Shown here one piece after another: positions 9,087-18,039 of a stretch of 64,000 nt of DNA (its first letter is position 1; each line of letters starts with the position of its first letter). The DNA is from Patescibacteria group bacterium. GTDB lineage: Bacteria; Patescibacteriota; Patescibacteriia; UBA10025; JAHIVO01. Position numbers and translations under genes: made by a program. The DNA is taken from assembly GCA_041660605.1 (NCBI GenBank), contig JBAZWB010000003.1, forward strand, positions 18,680 to 82,679. Reading direction: 5' to 3'. The notes beneath the pieces are model-generated. The model did no database searches. It saw only the letters and a program-made list of their open reading frames with translations, and was not told the origin of the DNA.

Positions 9087-9587
9087 ATGGACTACAAAAA
9101 ATTCATCCGCGAGCAAAAAGAGCGCAAGCGCGTGGACATGACTTTGCTTTTCAATAATGCGCCGGCTTTTGCTTCCCTGATCAAAGAAATGATCCAGCCG
9201 TTTGTTAAAATTAAAATCGACAAAGTCGCGGCCATTGACGCGACCGGCTTTGTGTTTGGCACGGCCATTGCCCGGGAATTAAAAGTTGGGATGGCAGTAA
9301 TCAGAAAACAGCATAAGATCGCCTGGTCGGTAAAATTTACCACCTTTACTGATTATTCCGGCATCACCAAAGGGCTGGAAATCGCCGATGACGCGATCAA
9401 GCCAGGCGAGCATATTCTGATCGTTGATGACTGGTCGGAAACCGGCACGCAGCTGCGAGCGGCCATCACCCTGGTTGAACAGGCCGGCGGTATCGTTAGC
9501 GGCGCGAGCCTGGTGCACATAGACAAACGTGCATTGCAGGACACCAACCTGACAAAATACAAATTGCATTCGGCCGTAGAATACTAA
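9087..9587 (+). CDS. apt: Adenine phosphoribosyltransferase-like type I PRTase
   Basis: IDATGF, AVIRK, TDY and PRPP loop LIVDDWSETGT. Confidence 0.75.
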   Translation: MDYKKFIREQKERKRVDMTLLFNNAPAFASLIKEMIQPFVKIKIDKVAAIDATGFVFGTAIARELKVGMAVIRKQHKIAWSVKFTTFTDYSGITKGLEIADDAIKPGEHILIVDDWSETGTQLRAAITLVEQAGGIVSGASLVHIDKRALQDTNLTKYKLHSAVEY

Positions 9588-9604
9588 GAACATTCTTTTG
9601 CCGT

Positions 9605-10090
9605 TTACAGCCAGCGCCGGACACTTTTAACGTAATTTATATATTCATCACCGAATTTTCTGGTCAGGTACTGCTCTTCCCGCGGGATGATCTGCTGGTT
9701 AATGATGAAAAAAACCGCCACGGCCACGAACAGCGCCCAGATAATCCCCATCAACCAGGCTAAACCAAGATAAGAGAGCAGCATGCCCAAATACATGGGA
9801 TTCCTGGTTGTATTATAAACACCGCTTCGTAACAGTGTGGTCACCGGCTTGTCCGGTATCGGACTGTTTTTGTTTTGACGGAATAATGACAAGGCGGTAA
9901 CCATAAAAAATGCCCCGGCGAGTATCAATATTGCACCCCACCAGCGCATTTGCCAGTTCAGAGGCATGAACGGTATGAATCTTTGCAATATTAGGCCAAT
10001 TGTAAAACCCGCCAAATAAATAAGCGGCGGCGGTACTTTGATGCCGGCGTTGTCTGCCTGAATATTATCTATAACATATGCTCTGGCCAT
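9605..10090 (-). CDS. Isoprenylcysteine carboxylmethyltransferase/PEMT family protein
   Basis: PPPLIY, GVYNTTRNPMYLG, EEQYL..KFG.EY..Y...VRRW. Confidence 0.9.
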   Translation of the reverse strand: MARAYVIDNIQADNAGIKVPPPLIYLAGFTIGLILQRFIPFMPLNWQMRWWGAILILAGAFFMVTALSLFRQNKNSPIPDKPVTTLLRSGVYNTTRNPMYLGMLLSYLGLAWLMGIIWALFVAVAVFFIINQQIIPREEQYLTRKFGDEYINYVKSVRRWL

Positions 10091-10183
10091 AAATCATAAA
10101 ATTAATAATTAATTGTCCAAATTAACAATACGCCAGTTACATTAAATAATCATTAATGGCTGATAGCACAGCAGCTGACTAAT

Positions 10184-10213
10184 AAAAACGGGGGTCGAAG
10201 ACGACCCGCCGTT
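10184..10213 (-). terminator. Intrinsic terminator
   Basis: AACGG..GGGTCG / CGACCC..CCGTT hairpin with a minus-strand U-tract. Confidence 0.7.
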
Positions 10214-10239
10214 ACTGTTTTGTGATGACGCTTTTGTGG

Positions 10240-10575
10240 CTAGGCACTTGCTACGAGTAAAGTCTGGTGCTGGCGGAACAGGCGCGGGAGATTGTAAGAG
10301 CATAATGCTCCGATACCCCATAACCCGCCCTGTATGAGACCGAACCAATTTTCGCCCCACTCGCCCTCCGTCAGCATAGGGCCTAAGTACGGGCTGAAGC
10401 TGGCTAAAAACGATCCAGCCACTCCGACGACTTCAATCCCGAACCAAATGCTTAGAGCGATCAACATGAGATTATTCGGCCGACGGCGAAAAATCATGCC
10501 GCAAACCGCGCCGGCGCCAACAGACATCGCGATAACTACCAAGGCAAGCCAGTTAACAACTACCCAATGTACCAT
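10240..10575 (-). CDS. 3-TM hypothetical membrane protein
   Basis: GGAGG precedes the ATG at 10575; TTGACA-18-TAGAAT upstream. Confidence 0.65.
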   Translation of the reverse strand: MVHWVVVNWLALVVIAMSVGAGAVCGMIFRRRPNNLMLIALSIWFGIEVVGVAGSFLASFSPYLGPMLTEGEWGENWFGLIQGGLWGIGALCSYNLPRLFRQHQTLLVASA

Positions 10576-10674
10576 TATAAACCTCCTGCAAACATCATTT
10601 ATTTTTTCAATTCTTTTCATTCTAATTGATGTGCCTGCCTCCTGTCAATGGCCGAAATCCACTGCACTATGCAC

Positions 10675-10706
10675 AAAAAAGGAGTGGGCTCTTGCGAATC
10701 CACTCC
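10675..10706 (-). terminator. Intrinsic terminator
   Basis: GGAGTGG...CCACTCC with a minus-strand U6 tract. Confidence 0.75.
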
Positions 10707-10726
10707 CAATAATTTGAGATTTGGCG

Positions 10727-11041
10727 TTAATGCGCGTCAACGGTCTCAAGCTCGCTCAGCGGAAAAAACCCCTGCTCATACACAAACGCGTACTCCTGGT
10801 GCTCCTCCATTCCGTCAATATTGAGCGTATAGCAGTCCCCTTTGCCGCCGACTATCTTCCCGGCAATAGTAATCTTAAGCGCCTCCGTACCTTTATCGGT
10901 CGGTATAGAGCCGACTTGGCCAATTTCGCATTGATTACTAACCGCATAGCAATGCACACTTGTTGACCGGTAAAAGATTGCCTCCCTGACACGCTTGAGC
11001 ACGACGCCGATGTCGGAAACTTTTACACCACGTTTATCCAT
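10727..11041 (-). CDS. Hypothetical protein
   Basis: GGAGG SD, TTGACC-16-TACACT promoter and its own terminator. Confidence 0.65.
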   Translation of the reverse strand: MDKRGVKVSDIGVVLKRVREAIFYRSTSVHCYAVSNQCEIGQVGSIPTDKGTEALKITIAGKIVGGKGDCYTLNIDGMEEHQEYAFVYEQGFFPLSELETVDAH

Positions 11042-11193
11042 TATTCCTCCCGAAATAACAATATGTTTTTTTATTTTTATCAGTGTAACATACTAAAGAA
11101 CCTGGTCAAGCATTTCTGCTCAACCCCGCGTGATATCAGCCATAATTTCTGTTATACTTATTATCAGAAATATAAATATTATAAAAATTATCA

Positions 11194-11493
11194 ATGGAAA
11201 ACAAAACTGCAACAAACCAGCCAACCGCATCCGCGGCACCGGGCCAGCCGCAGAACCTCAAAAAAAATGCCACCACCGGCATGATTCTCGGCATTATCGG
11301 CCTGCTTGCCTGGCTTCTCCCGTTTATCGGCTACCCGGTTACTATTGTCGGGCTTGTCCTGTCAATCCGCGGGCTAAAATCGACAAAACAAAAGCAGGCC
11401 ATTGCCGGCATCATAATGAATGGCATCGGACTGGTTGCCACGGTGGTTAATTCTGTCATTGGCGCCTATCTCGGAGCGACCGGCCAACTCTAA
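11194..11493 (+). CDS. DUF4190-like membrane protein
   Basis: A..GMILGIIG...GLVLSI.GL....AIAGII pattern. Confidence 0.75.
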   Translation: MENKTATNQPTASAAPGQPQNLKKNATTGMILGIIGLLAWLLPFIGYPVTIVGLVLSIRGLKSTKQKQAIAGIIMNGIGLVATVVNSVIGAYLGATGQL

Positions 11494-11507
11494 TCAGTTA
11501 ATGATAT

Positions 11508-11546
11508 AAAAATTCGCCTACAAATGATATTGCAGGCGAATTTTTT
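11508..11546. terminator. Bidirectional terminator
   Basis: AAAATTCGCCT...AGGCGAATTTT between convergent genes. Confidence 0.8.
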
Positions 11547-11549
11547 AAT

Positions 11550-12764
11550 TTATTGTGATGCTGGCGTATTATTTGCTGGCGCAGCAAGACAGCAGGGATG
11601 ATTTGGGTATTTTTTGCAACTTATGTTAGTGCAGTTGTTTGGAGTAGAGTTGCAATTCAACGGTTGCGTAAGAAATAAATCGCTATAAGCTTTACCATTC
11701 GTATCATAGAACTGGACAAACCAGCCATGCGCATCAATCGTGCGGGCCGGCATGCATAAGCTTTTTAAACCATTCGGGGTCTGGACTGATAAATTAAAAC
11801 GGGCATAGGCAGTAGGTGTATCTTCATTATTTGCACCAAGTACAAAAAGCGGACTGCCGTGGTCTATCAGGTCAACTGTACCCCCTGATTGCCATCCGAG
11901 AACAGGATTATAATAGCCATACACCGTGTTCCAGCTTTTTGCCAGGGTAAAATTTATTTGATCAGGCAGGCTGACTTGCCCGGCCAGCGTAACTCCCGAG
12001 ATTTCCGTGGGAGAGTAATTCTTGGCCACCAAAGTTTGGCAATCAGCAGCCGACACTCGCTGGGTCAGATCTTCATCCCAATAAGCATTCCCGTTTATAT
12101 CAAAATAATAATAAGTATATGCGGGCGGTTCTGAGTTTGTATTCTGGTTTGTATTTGTATCCGCTTGCGCCTGAGCCGCGTGTATCAGGCCGAATAGCTT
12201 CGAGTCGCTGGATTGAAAGCTCAGGGGATTAGCGGTGGCTTTTTCCGGAATACAGATAACTTTCCTTTCACCGGTAATAACCTGGGCACTGGCTTTTTTA
12301 ATCAACTCAATTCTCGAGGTTTGATTGGAGGCCGGCAATGATCCGCTATAGCGCAGGGTAATGAACATGGCGGGATGTATGGTGGAATCTATTGCAACTT
12401 TTAATCTCCAGGGATTGGTATAAGTCTGGCCATCCTGAAATTCAGGCTGTGAAGTTGAAAATTTCCCAAAATATGCATCCTCGCCAATACTTGCGCCACC
12501 CGGTAAACCATAAAATTTTACTTCGGTAAAGCTCTCGCTGGTTGAGGAGTGGTCAATAGTCCAATCAGCAAAAGAAATATCTCCCAGCGTAAAATAATTA
12601 GTAGACTGCACGGTGTTTTGGGACTGGGTACTGGCTGGCTGGCTAATTAGCACGCTAGCAAAGAACATGCCGGCAAAAAAACCGCTTATAACTCCGGTTA
12701 TAATAAAAACTGCCGTGGCTGTACGAGTATTAGTCAATACCTCGGTCTTAACTTTTGTCTCCAT
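11550..12764 (-). CDS. Membrane-anchored exported protein with an internal duplication
   Basis: N-terminal TM helix; two copies of [YF].D.NG.AY.D..LTQ; Cys-rich tail. Confidence 0.75.
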   Translation of the reverse strand: METKVKTEVLTNTRTATAVFIITGVISGFFAGMFFASVLISQPASTQSQNTVQSTNYFTLGDISFADWTIDHSSTSESFTEVKFYGLPGGASIGEDAYFGKFSTSQPEFQDGQTYTNPWRLKVAIDSTIHPAMFITLRYSGSLPASNQTSRIELIKKASAQVITGERKVICIPEKATANPLSFQSSDSKLFGLIHAAQAQADTNTNQNTNSEPPAYTYYYFDINGNAYWDEDLTQRVSAADCQTLVAKNYSPTEISGVTLAGQVSLPDQINFTLAKSWNTVYGYYNPVLGWQSGGTVDLIDHGSPLFVLGANNEDTPTAYARFNLSVQTPNGLKSLCMPARTIDAHGWFVQFYDTNGKAYSDLFLTQPLNCNSTPNNCTNISCKKYPNHPCCLAAPANNTPASQ

Positions 12765-12912
12765 TTTTTTGTATTTTAATTATAATTTTTATTTTATCTA
12801 ATATTAGCCTTATTATATCACAATTTTCATCAAAAGTCAACTAAACAAGCATAGATATTATATATTTGAATTAACCTTCCCTGACGGCAATTAATTTTAA
12901 TCCACAAAACCA

Positions 12913-12950
12913 AATAAAAAACCTCTGCCGTTGCCAGCAAAGGTTTATTT
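12913..12950 (-). terminator. Intrinsic terminator
   Basis: AAACCTCTGC...GCAAAGGTTT with a minus-strand U-tract. Confidence 0.6.
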
Positions 12951-12972
12951 GTTCATGCGCTCAGCGTGGTTA

Positions 12973-13605
12973 TCATGCCGCCTGAACTAAGAAATAGCTA
13001 TGAATCGGCGAGTTGAAGCACTCCCCGACTTCGACAAGCTTAAGAGCTGTCCGGTTATCTTCGTTAGCTCCGGTACTGGGAATAAGCAAACCGTATCTGG
13101 TTTCCACTCCGGTGTCCATGGCGGCCACGTTCGCCTTAACCGGTAGCAAAGGATCGATTGCCACCACAGCAAGAAGATGAAAAATACTGCAGTGGATAAG
13201 GCCCTTACTCTCCAAATGCGTTTCAAGCGCCTGTAGATTGCGAAAGCCCTTGGTGCTGACTAATTGGGTTCTTGAATGGACCGTACCGCACTTATCGTTT
13301 GAGAAAAGCGCCGAAGTGATATTTTTATTTACGGTATAGAAACGGCAAGGCGCAAGCATTTCCTCAACGGTCGCGTGCGTATCAAACAGGACCGAATAGC
13401 TGGCGCTCGATAGGGCATCCGTTAACCCTTGTTCGCGTAATTCCAGGGCGAGCTGAGCAATACCTTCCCATTCGCTTGGCAAACCTAAACGTTCAGATTC
13501 CTCTTTCAGGGCGATCAAAAGATCGATGAACTGAGGATATTTTGCGATCTCAGGTTGACTCCTTAGCCACCGAATGTACGGGTCGTCATTATACTTGGAT
13601 ACCAA
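12973..13605 (-). CDS. Hypothetical protein resembling a common CPR family
   Basis: TVEEML...VNKNITS..F and LLA...P motif pattern; AAGGAAGG precedes the TTG at 13605; TTGACA upstream. Confidence 0.65.
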   Translation of the reverse strand: MVSKYNDDPYIRWLRSQPEIAKYPQFIDLLIALKEESERLGLPSEWEGIAQLALELREQGLTDALSSASYSVLFDTHATVEEMLAPCRFYTVNKNITSALFSNDKCGTVHSRTQLVSTKGFRNLQALETHLESKGLIHCSIFHLLAVVAIDPLLPVKANVAAMDTGVETRYGLLIPSTGANEDNRTALKLVEVGECFNSPIHSYFLVQAA

Positions 13606-13701
13606 TTTTTCCTTCCTTTCGAAAATTAAATGAACATACTCTTTAACACAATAAAATATCATAACGGGAACACATTGTCAAGCCCTCTATATAATAAATA
13701 C

Positions 13702-13752
13702 CTTGTTTTAAGCCGCCAGTGAGGGTAGTATTTAATTACAGAAGATAAATTA
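13702..13752 (+). repeat. 51-bp promoter-containing repeat, copy 2
   Basis: TTGTTT-17-TAGTAT; 43/51 identical to 8610-8660. Confidence 0.75.
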
Positions 13753-13771
13753 TTAACCGCCAAATAGCCCT

Positions 13772-14842
13772 ATGAAAAAATCAACTTACATAATTATCGC
13801 CGTTGTCTTTGTCCTGCTGGTCGCTGCCGGTTTTCTGCGTTTCGTGGTCGGCGGAGACGAAGATACGTGGTTATGCGATAACGGACAATGGGCCAAGCAC
13901 GGGGATCCCTCCGCGAGCAAACCAACCAGCGGGTGCGGAAACACTAACTCAACCGCGGTTAATTCCGATGCCGCTAAAACATCATGCTCCATAAATAGCG
14001 ATTGCAAACTCCGCATCTGCACCGGCTGCTTCAACAAAGAATATCTTAAAACCGCGCCGGCGGATCTGGCCTGCCGGACTTACGAAGGCAGAACCTGTGT
14101 CTGTACAAATAATGTCTGCACCGTGGCACCAACCAGCGCAACAAATACTAATAACGCAGTGAATAATGCCAGTAATACAAATAGTAATATTAATGTCCAG
14201 AAATCCGATGAAAACTCTGCAGTTTCAGCTAATGGCATTCGAGTCGAGGTAATTAACGGTACTAAATTTTGTAGTATTGAAAATAATCCAGAATTTGGTT
14301 ATCAAAAAATCTTAAAAGCCATTTACCAGGATGGAAAAGAAAAAACTCTTTATACATCAAGCACAAAACTTAGTAGTGATAATAAAGATGCATGTCTATT
14401 TATTGAAGGTGTTTGTTGTCCACAGATATCACCCGACGGTAAATACGTTATTTTTGAAAAAACCGGCTGGGAGTGGAGCAAACCTTATATGCTCAATATT
14501 GAAACGGGGAAATATGTATTCGGCGATGAAAGCGACATATCAGTCATAACAGATATTGACTGGTCATCAGATAACAAAAATTTTGCCATCACCACCGACT
14601 CCAATGAATTTTTGGGTGAGGGAGCGGTGGAGGTGTATGTCAGCGCCTATAATAATCCGGAAATAATCAAGCGAGCTTGGACTGCGGAAAATTCAATAGT
14701 GACAGGAGTCACCGATGTACATTTCATCAGAAACGATGTAATTCAAATCACAATTGAACAGCAAAGCACGGAAAATGTAGCTCAAAAAACTCTTAACTAC
14801 GAATACAATTATCATACTAATTTACTTACGCCGTTACCATAA
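13772..14842 (+). CDS. Exported modular protein (EDTWLC module, Cys-rich module, Asn linker, TolB/WD40-like blades)
   Basis: Signal anchor; EDTWLCDNGQWAKHG; ISPDGKYVIF and WSSDNKNFAI blades. Confidence 0.75.
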   Translation: MKKSTYIIIAVVFVLLVAAGFLRFVVGGDEDTWLCDNGQWAKHGDPSASKPTSGCGNTNSTAVNSDAAKTSCSINSDCKLRICTGCFNKEYLKTAPADLACRTYEGRTCVCTNNVCTVAPTSATNTNNAVNNASNTNSNINVQKSDENSAVSANGIRVEVINGTKFCSIENNPEFGYQKILKAIYQDGKEKTLYTSSTKLSSDNKDACLFIEGVCCPQISPDGKYVIFEKTGWEWSKPYMLNIETGKYVFGDESDISVITDIDWSSDNKNFAITTDSNEFLGEGAVEVYVSAYNNPEIIKRAWTAENSIVTGVTDVHFIRNDVIQITIEQQSTENVAQKTLNYEYNYHTNLLTPLP

Positions 14843-14909
14843 AAGACACTCATGAAACCAGCCATTAAAAAACTGCTGCGTAAAAGTTAAGGCAAAATAA
14901 TAATAAACT

Positions 14910-15467
14910 ATGAGCGAATTACTCTATATTGTTGACGAAGATGATCAGATCGTCGGCCAGGCAAAACGCGAAGATATACATAAACAAGGATTTCGGCATC
15001 GCGAAGTCGGAGTGTGGATATATAATGACAAAGGCGAAGTGCTGCTGCAACGGCGCGCACCCGACAAGGACATTGCTCCCAATCTGCTTGATACGTCTGC
15101 CGGCGGCCATGTCGGCATCAGAGAGTCTTATGAAGAGGCGGCACTCAAAGAATTGAAAGAAGAGACTGGCATTACTGCAAAACCTGAGGAGCTCGTCTTC
15201 ATCGTTAAAGATAAACGGTTCAGTGGGCCGCAGCCCAATGGGTTGCTTAATAGAACAGTACGTAAACTCTTCGCGTATCGCTTCAAACCAGACACTGATC
15301 ATTTGCGCCTGGAGCAGGGGAAAATTTCCAGCCTGGAATGGCGTCCCATGGAAAAACTGGGTCAGCTTACCGATGAAGAAAAAAAAGAGTTTTCCAATTT
15401 CGTGATACTCGACATTCCTATAATATATACGGCCATTAAAAAACTGCCACAAAAACATCATATATGA
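14910..15467 (+). CDS. NUDIX hydrolase (IDI/YfcD-like)
   Basis: HREV..W, LLQRR..K, AGGHV..ESYEEAALKELKEETG. Confidence 0.9.
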   Translation: MSELLYIVDEDDQIVGQAKREDIHKQGFRHREVGVWIYNDKGEVLLQRRAPDKDIAPNLLDTSAGGHVGIRESYEEAALKELKEETGITAKPEELVFIVKDKRFSGPQPNGLLNRTVRKLFAYRFKPDTDHLRLEQGKISSLEWRPMEKLGQLTDEEKKEFSNFVILDIPIIYTAIKKLPQKHHI

Positions 15468-15943
15468 AAACGACTATCTTTTACTTTTCTAAATTTGGCG
15501 CGACCAAGCAGTATGCCGAATGGATTGCGGAAGCCGTCCCGGGCACCAAGCTGGTTGATGCGTTTAATGAAGCCCCCGACCCGTCCCCGTATGACGCAAT
15601 TATCATTGCCACCCGCGCCTATATGGGCCGTATCGCCGCCGTATCTTATCTCAAAAGCAATTGGAAAACACTGAAAGACAAAAAAATGTATCTCCTCGTC
15701 GTCGGCATGTCTCCGCCAGAGGCGGAGGACAGTCAGCGGCAATATTATAATATTCCCATAAAAATCCGCAAAAAAATATTAGGGTACAGCAAGGTTCCTG
15801 GCGCGATTGATCTAGATAAACTCAGCCCTATCCGCAGAAAATTAGTCCAGATATTTTCCCAAAAAGTGCCAGTCAGCAAAAATATGGTGGCCAAAGAGTA
15901 TATCACGCCGGTTGTGGAGTGGATGAAGAAACAAGTTGTTTAA
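15464..15943 (+). CDS. Flavodoxin-domain protein (HemG/Flavodoxin_5-like)
   Basis: YFSKFGATKQYAEWIAE, YDAIII. Confidence 0.85.
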   Translation: MKTTIFYFSKFGATKQYAEWIAEAVPGTKLVDAFNEAPDPSPYDAIIIATRAYMGRIAAVSYLKSNWKTLKDKKMYLLVVGMSPPEAEDSQRQYYNIPIKIRKKILGYSKVPGAIDLDKLSPIRRKLVQIFSQKVPVSKNMVAKEYITPVVEWMKKQVV

Positions 15944-15952
15944 AATGAGGTA

Positions 15953-15990
15953 AAAAAAATCACCTTCCTCGGAAATGGAAGGTGTTTTGT
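15953..15990. terminator. Terminator hairpin
   Basis: CACCTTCC...GGAAGGTG flanked by A- and T-runs. Confidence 0.7.
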
Positions 15991-15991
15991 T

Positions 15992-16132
15992 ATGACACAA
16001 AGGAGAATTTATCAGGAGGAATATCAATTTTTTATCACCTGGTATTTAATACTCTCCCACCGCACCCCGCTGTGGGTGCGGTGCGCTCCAAAATGGGAAG
16101 CGCGGGCGCAGCGGCCCGCGCTATTTAGGTGA
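15992..16132 (+). pseudogene. Possible N-terminal remnant of a REP-associated tyrosine transposase (RAYT/Y1)
   Basis: MTQRRIYQEEYQFFITW resembles RAYT N-termini (R.Y....YF[IV]T); the frame then runs into GC hairpins; no HUH motif. Confidence 0.35.
16058..16122. repeat. Cluster of GC-rich hairpins (REP-like)
   Basis: CACCGCACCC / GGGTGCGGTG and AGCGCGGGC / GCCCGCGCT. Confidence 0.65.
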
Positions 16133-16239
16133 TTACGGGGTATTTAAAAGTATACCAGAAAACGAAACCAATTCGTGCAAGCTGATTGGAGAGAAATAAA
16201 TTATTAGACAATATCAGAACCCCATGTGCATATCAGCCC

Positions 16240-16268
16240 TTGACAAAAAGGCCGTTTTGGAATATACT
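16240..16268 (+). promoter_or_regulatory. Sigma70 promoter
   Basis: TTGACA-17-TATACT. Confidence 0.8.
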
Positions 16269-16297
16269 ATCCTGTTACTTTAGTAATACTCAAAATT

Positions 16298-16596
16298 CTG
16301 CCTAAATTTCGGCTGAAGAGAGAGCAGCCGGAAAGCCAGATATTTAGCCTTTACCCGCCGCTCTCTTTCAGAGGGCAGTTTTTTCTGATTTTACAGCTAA
16401 TGCAATTTCAGACCTAAACGTAGAATCCGTCGTAGTCCGTCACAGGCGGACGAAGGCGGATAAATGTATGCTTGTTTGGCTGTTGCCGGCAATTACCTTG
16501 CTGATAGCAGCCAGATTGGCAAAAAAACATTAACAAAACACTGTATGCTGGGACGGTCAAAAACCGCCAGTCTGGTAGTCCAAAACAGCAACAGTG
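16298..16596 (+). promoter_or_regulatory. Structured 5' leader; candidate riboswitch or attenuator
   Basis: Mutually exclusive helices 16307-16333, 16313-16325/16360-16371 and terminator 16360-16384, plus three further stem-loops. Confidence 0.6.
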
Positions 16597-16623
16597 AAAC
16601 AATTTATTACGGAGGTTTGTGTA

Positions 16624-17886
16624 ATGAAACACAAACTAGCATTACTCGTCATGGTCGCCCTGGCATTCTTTGCCACCGGCGCCGGCTCACAGTACGTCGC
16701 GGCAGTGCCCACGCCTGCGGACAGTTCCTATTTGGAACAGTTCGTGGGAAAGCCTTACAGCGTGAACCAATCACGTGTTTGGCTAGACATCTGTGCGTTG
16801 AATCGGGACAGGTTTCCGGACTCTAACAAGGTACAGCCCGGCGATACCATCCGCATGCCGTTGGGGAAAACCTACGTGGCGCAGTCTGGAGCCGCTGACC
16901 ACATGTGGACAGCATCAGTATCATTTATGGGATCAGAAGTGATGCCATATTTGATGGGTTTTTGGTCGTATACTCATGCGGCGAAGCCGGACACACAGCC
17001 CAACGCGCCAAAAACTACCACCACGGTAGTTCAGGCAACCAATTACGGTTGGTGGTGCTGGCAAATAGTTGGTCTGATTATCGTCGGTGGTATCATTATC
17101 GCCATCCTACTGCTGAATAGAAATCGCAAGCGGAATGAAGAGTCAGCGAAAAGTGCTAGTGAACAACTGGAACGCAACCGTCGGTTCGTGCCTGATCCGC
17201 CTGACTTCGAACACAGCCAAGAACGCGTTGTCGCCGCCCATGCGGAGGACGCACTCCGGCGTACACTCGGACCTAACTTCAAGAGAGTTGGTCCAGTAGT
17301 GAAGGGTAAGGCTAACGGAACCCTCACAGCGATAAATGCCGACGGTACCACTCAGACGCAGCAGTTCAACGATGAGCTGGCATATGCAATGGACGTCGAG
17401 GGACCGGATGGCACTCGTTTCAGACTTTTCTGTCGGTGGGGGTGTTTCAATCTAGTCGCTGGTAGCGTCGGCGCTTCATTCGTCGGCACATTCAGCCCAA
17501 TTGACGGTAGCACCCCGATGATAGTTCCTGCCATGACTTCTGAACTAATCGATAAGATCACTCAGAAAGTCAGGGGCGATGACATCGAACTTAGCGCAGC
17601 TGAGTTCCCTGGCGCTGTCACGGCAGAAGTCACGCCGACTATCGTTACTCCGGTAAAGACCGCTGCTGACGCCATAGTTACGGATAAGCCTAAATCTGAC
17701 GGGATCATGCGCTTCACCAAAGTGCAGCTTTCAGCAGAGAAGGGCATTAACTTGGAGGGGGATGATATCTGCCTTTCAGTTGACCAACTGTTTGAGCTAG
17801 TTTATCAGGTAACTGGGAGGCTTCCAAAAGAAGTAAAGCAGGCCAAGGACGCCACCGCGTCAGATCCTGCCCATCCTGACGATTAA
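16624..17886 (+). CDS. Single-pass membrane protein with an extracellular LysM-like module and a cytoplasmic domain
   Basis: Signal peptide; WLDICALNRDRFPDSNKVQPGDTIRMP is LysM-like; TM helix; GGAGG precedes the ATG at 16624. Confidence 0.7.
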   Translation: MKHKLALLVMVALAFFATGAGSQYVAAVPTPADSSYLEQFVGKPYSVNQSRVWLDICALNRDRFPDSNKVQPGDTIRMPLGKTYVAQSGAADHMWTASVSFMGSEVMPYLMGFWSYTHAAKPDTQPNAPKTTTTVVQATNYGWWCWQIVGLIIVGGIIIAILLLNRNRKRNEESAKSASEQLERNRRFVPDPPDFEHSQERVVAAHAEDALRRTLGPNFKRVGPVVKGKANGTLTAINADGTTQTQQFNDELAYAMDVEGPDGTRFRLFCRWGCFNLVAGSVGASFVGTFSPIDGSTPMIVPAMTSELIDKITQKVRGDDIELSAAEFPGAVTAEVTPTIVTPVKTAADAIVTDKPKSDGIMRFTKVQLSAEKGINLEGDDICLSVDQLFELVYQVTGRLPKEVKQAKDATASDPAHPDD

Positions 17887-17958
17887 TGCGAACTAGCTTG
17901 CGATCCAAGGATCGTAAGCATTGCACGCCATCCCAATAGGGGTGGAGCAAATCTCCTT

Positions 17959-18010
17959 TGGCCGTCTGCGTTGAGTGCTCTATGCATTTAACCAGACGGC
18001 CATTTTTATT
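17959..18010 (+). terminator. Intrinsic terminator
   Basis: TGGCCGTCTG...CAGACGGCCA followed by TTTTT. Confidence 0.8.
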
Positions 18011-18039
18011 TATAGCTGGTATGCGGAGTGCTTAAACAA

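Noticed and set aside
16313-16334. Hammerhead core CUGAAGA...GAAA
   Set aside because: No stem II closing pair before GAAA and no stem I/III geometry
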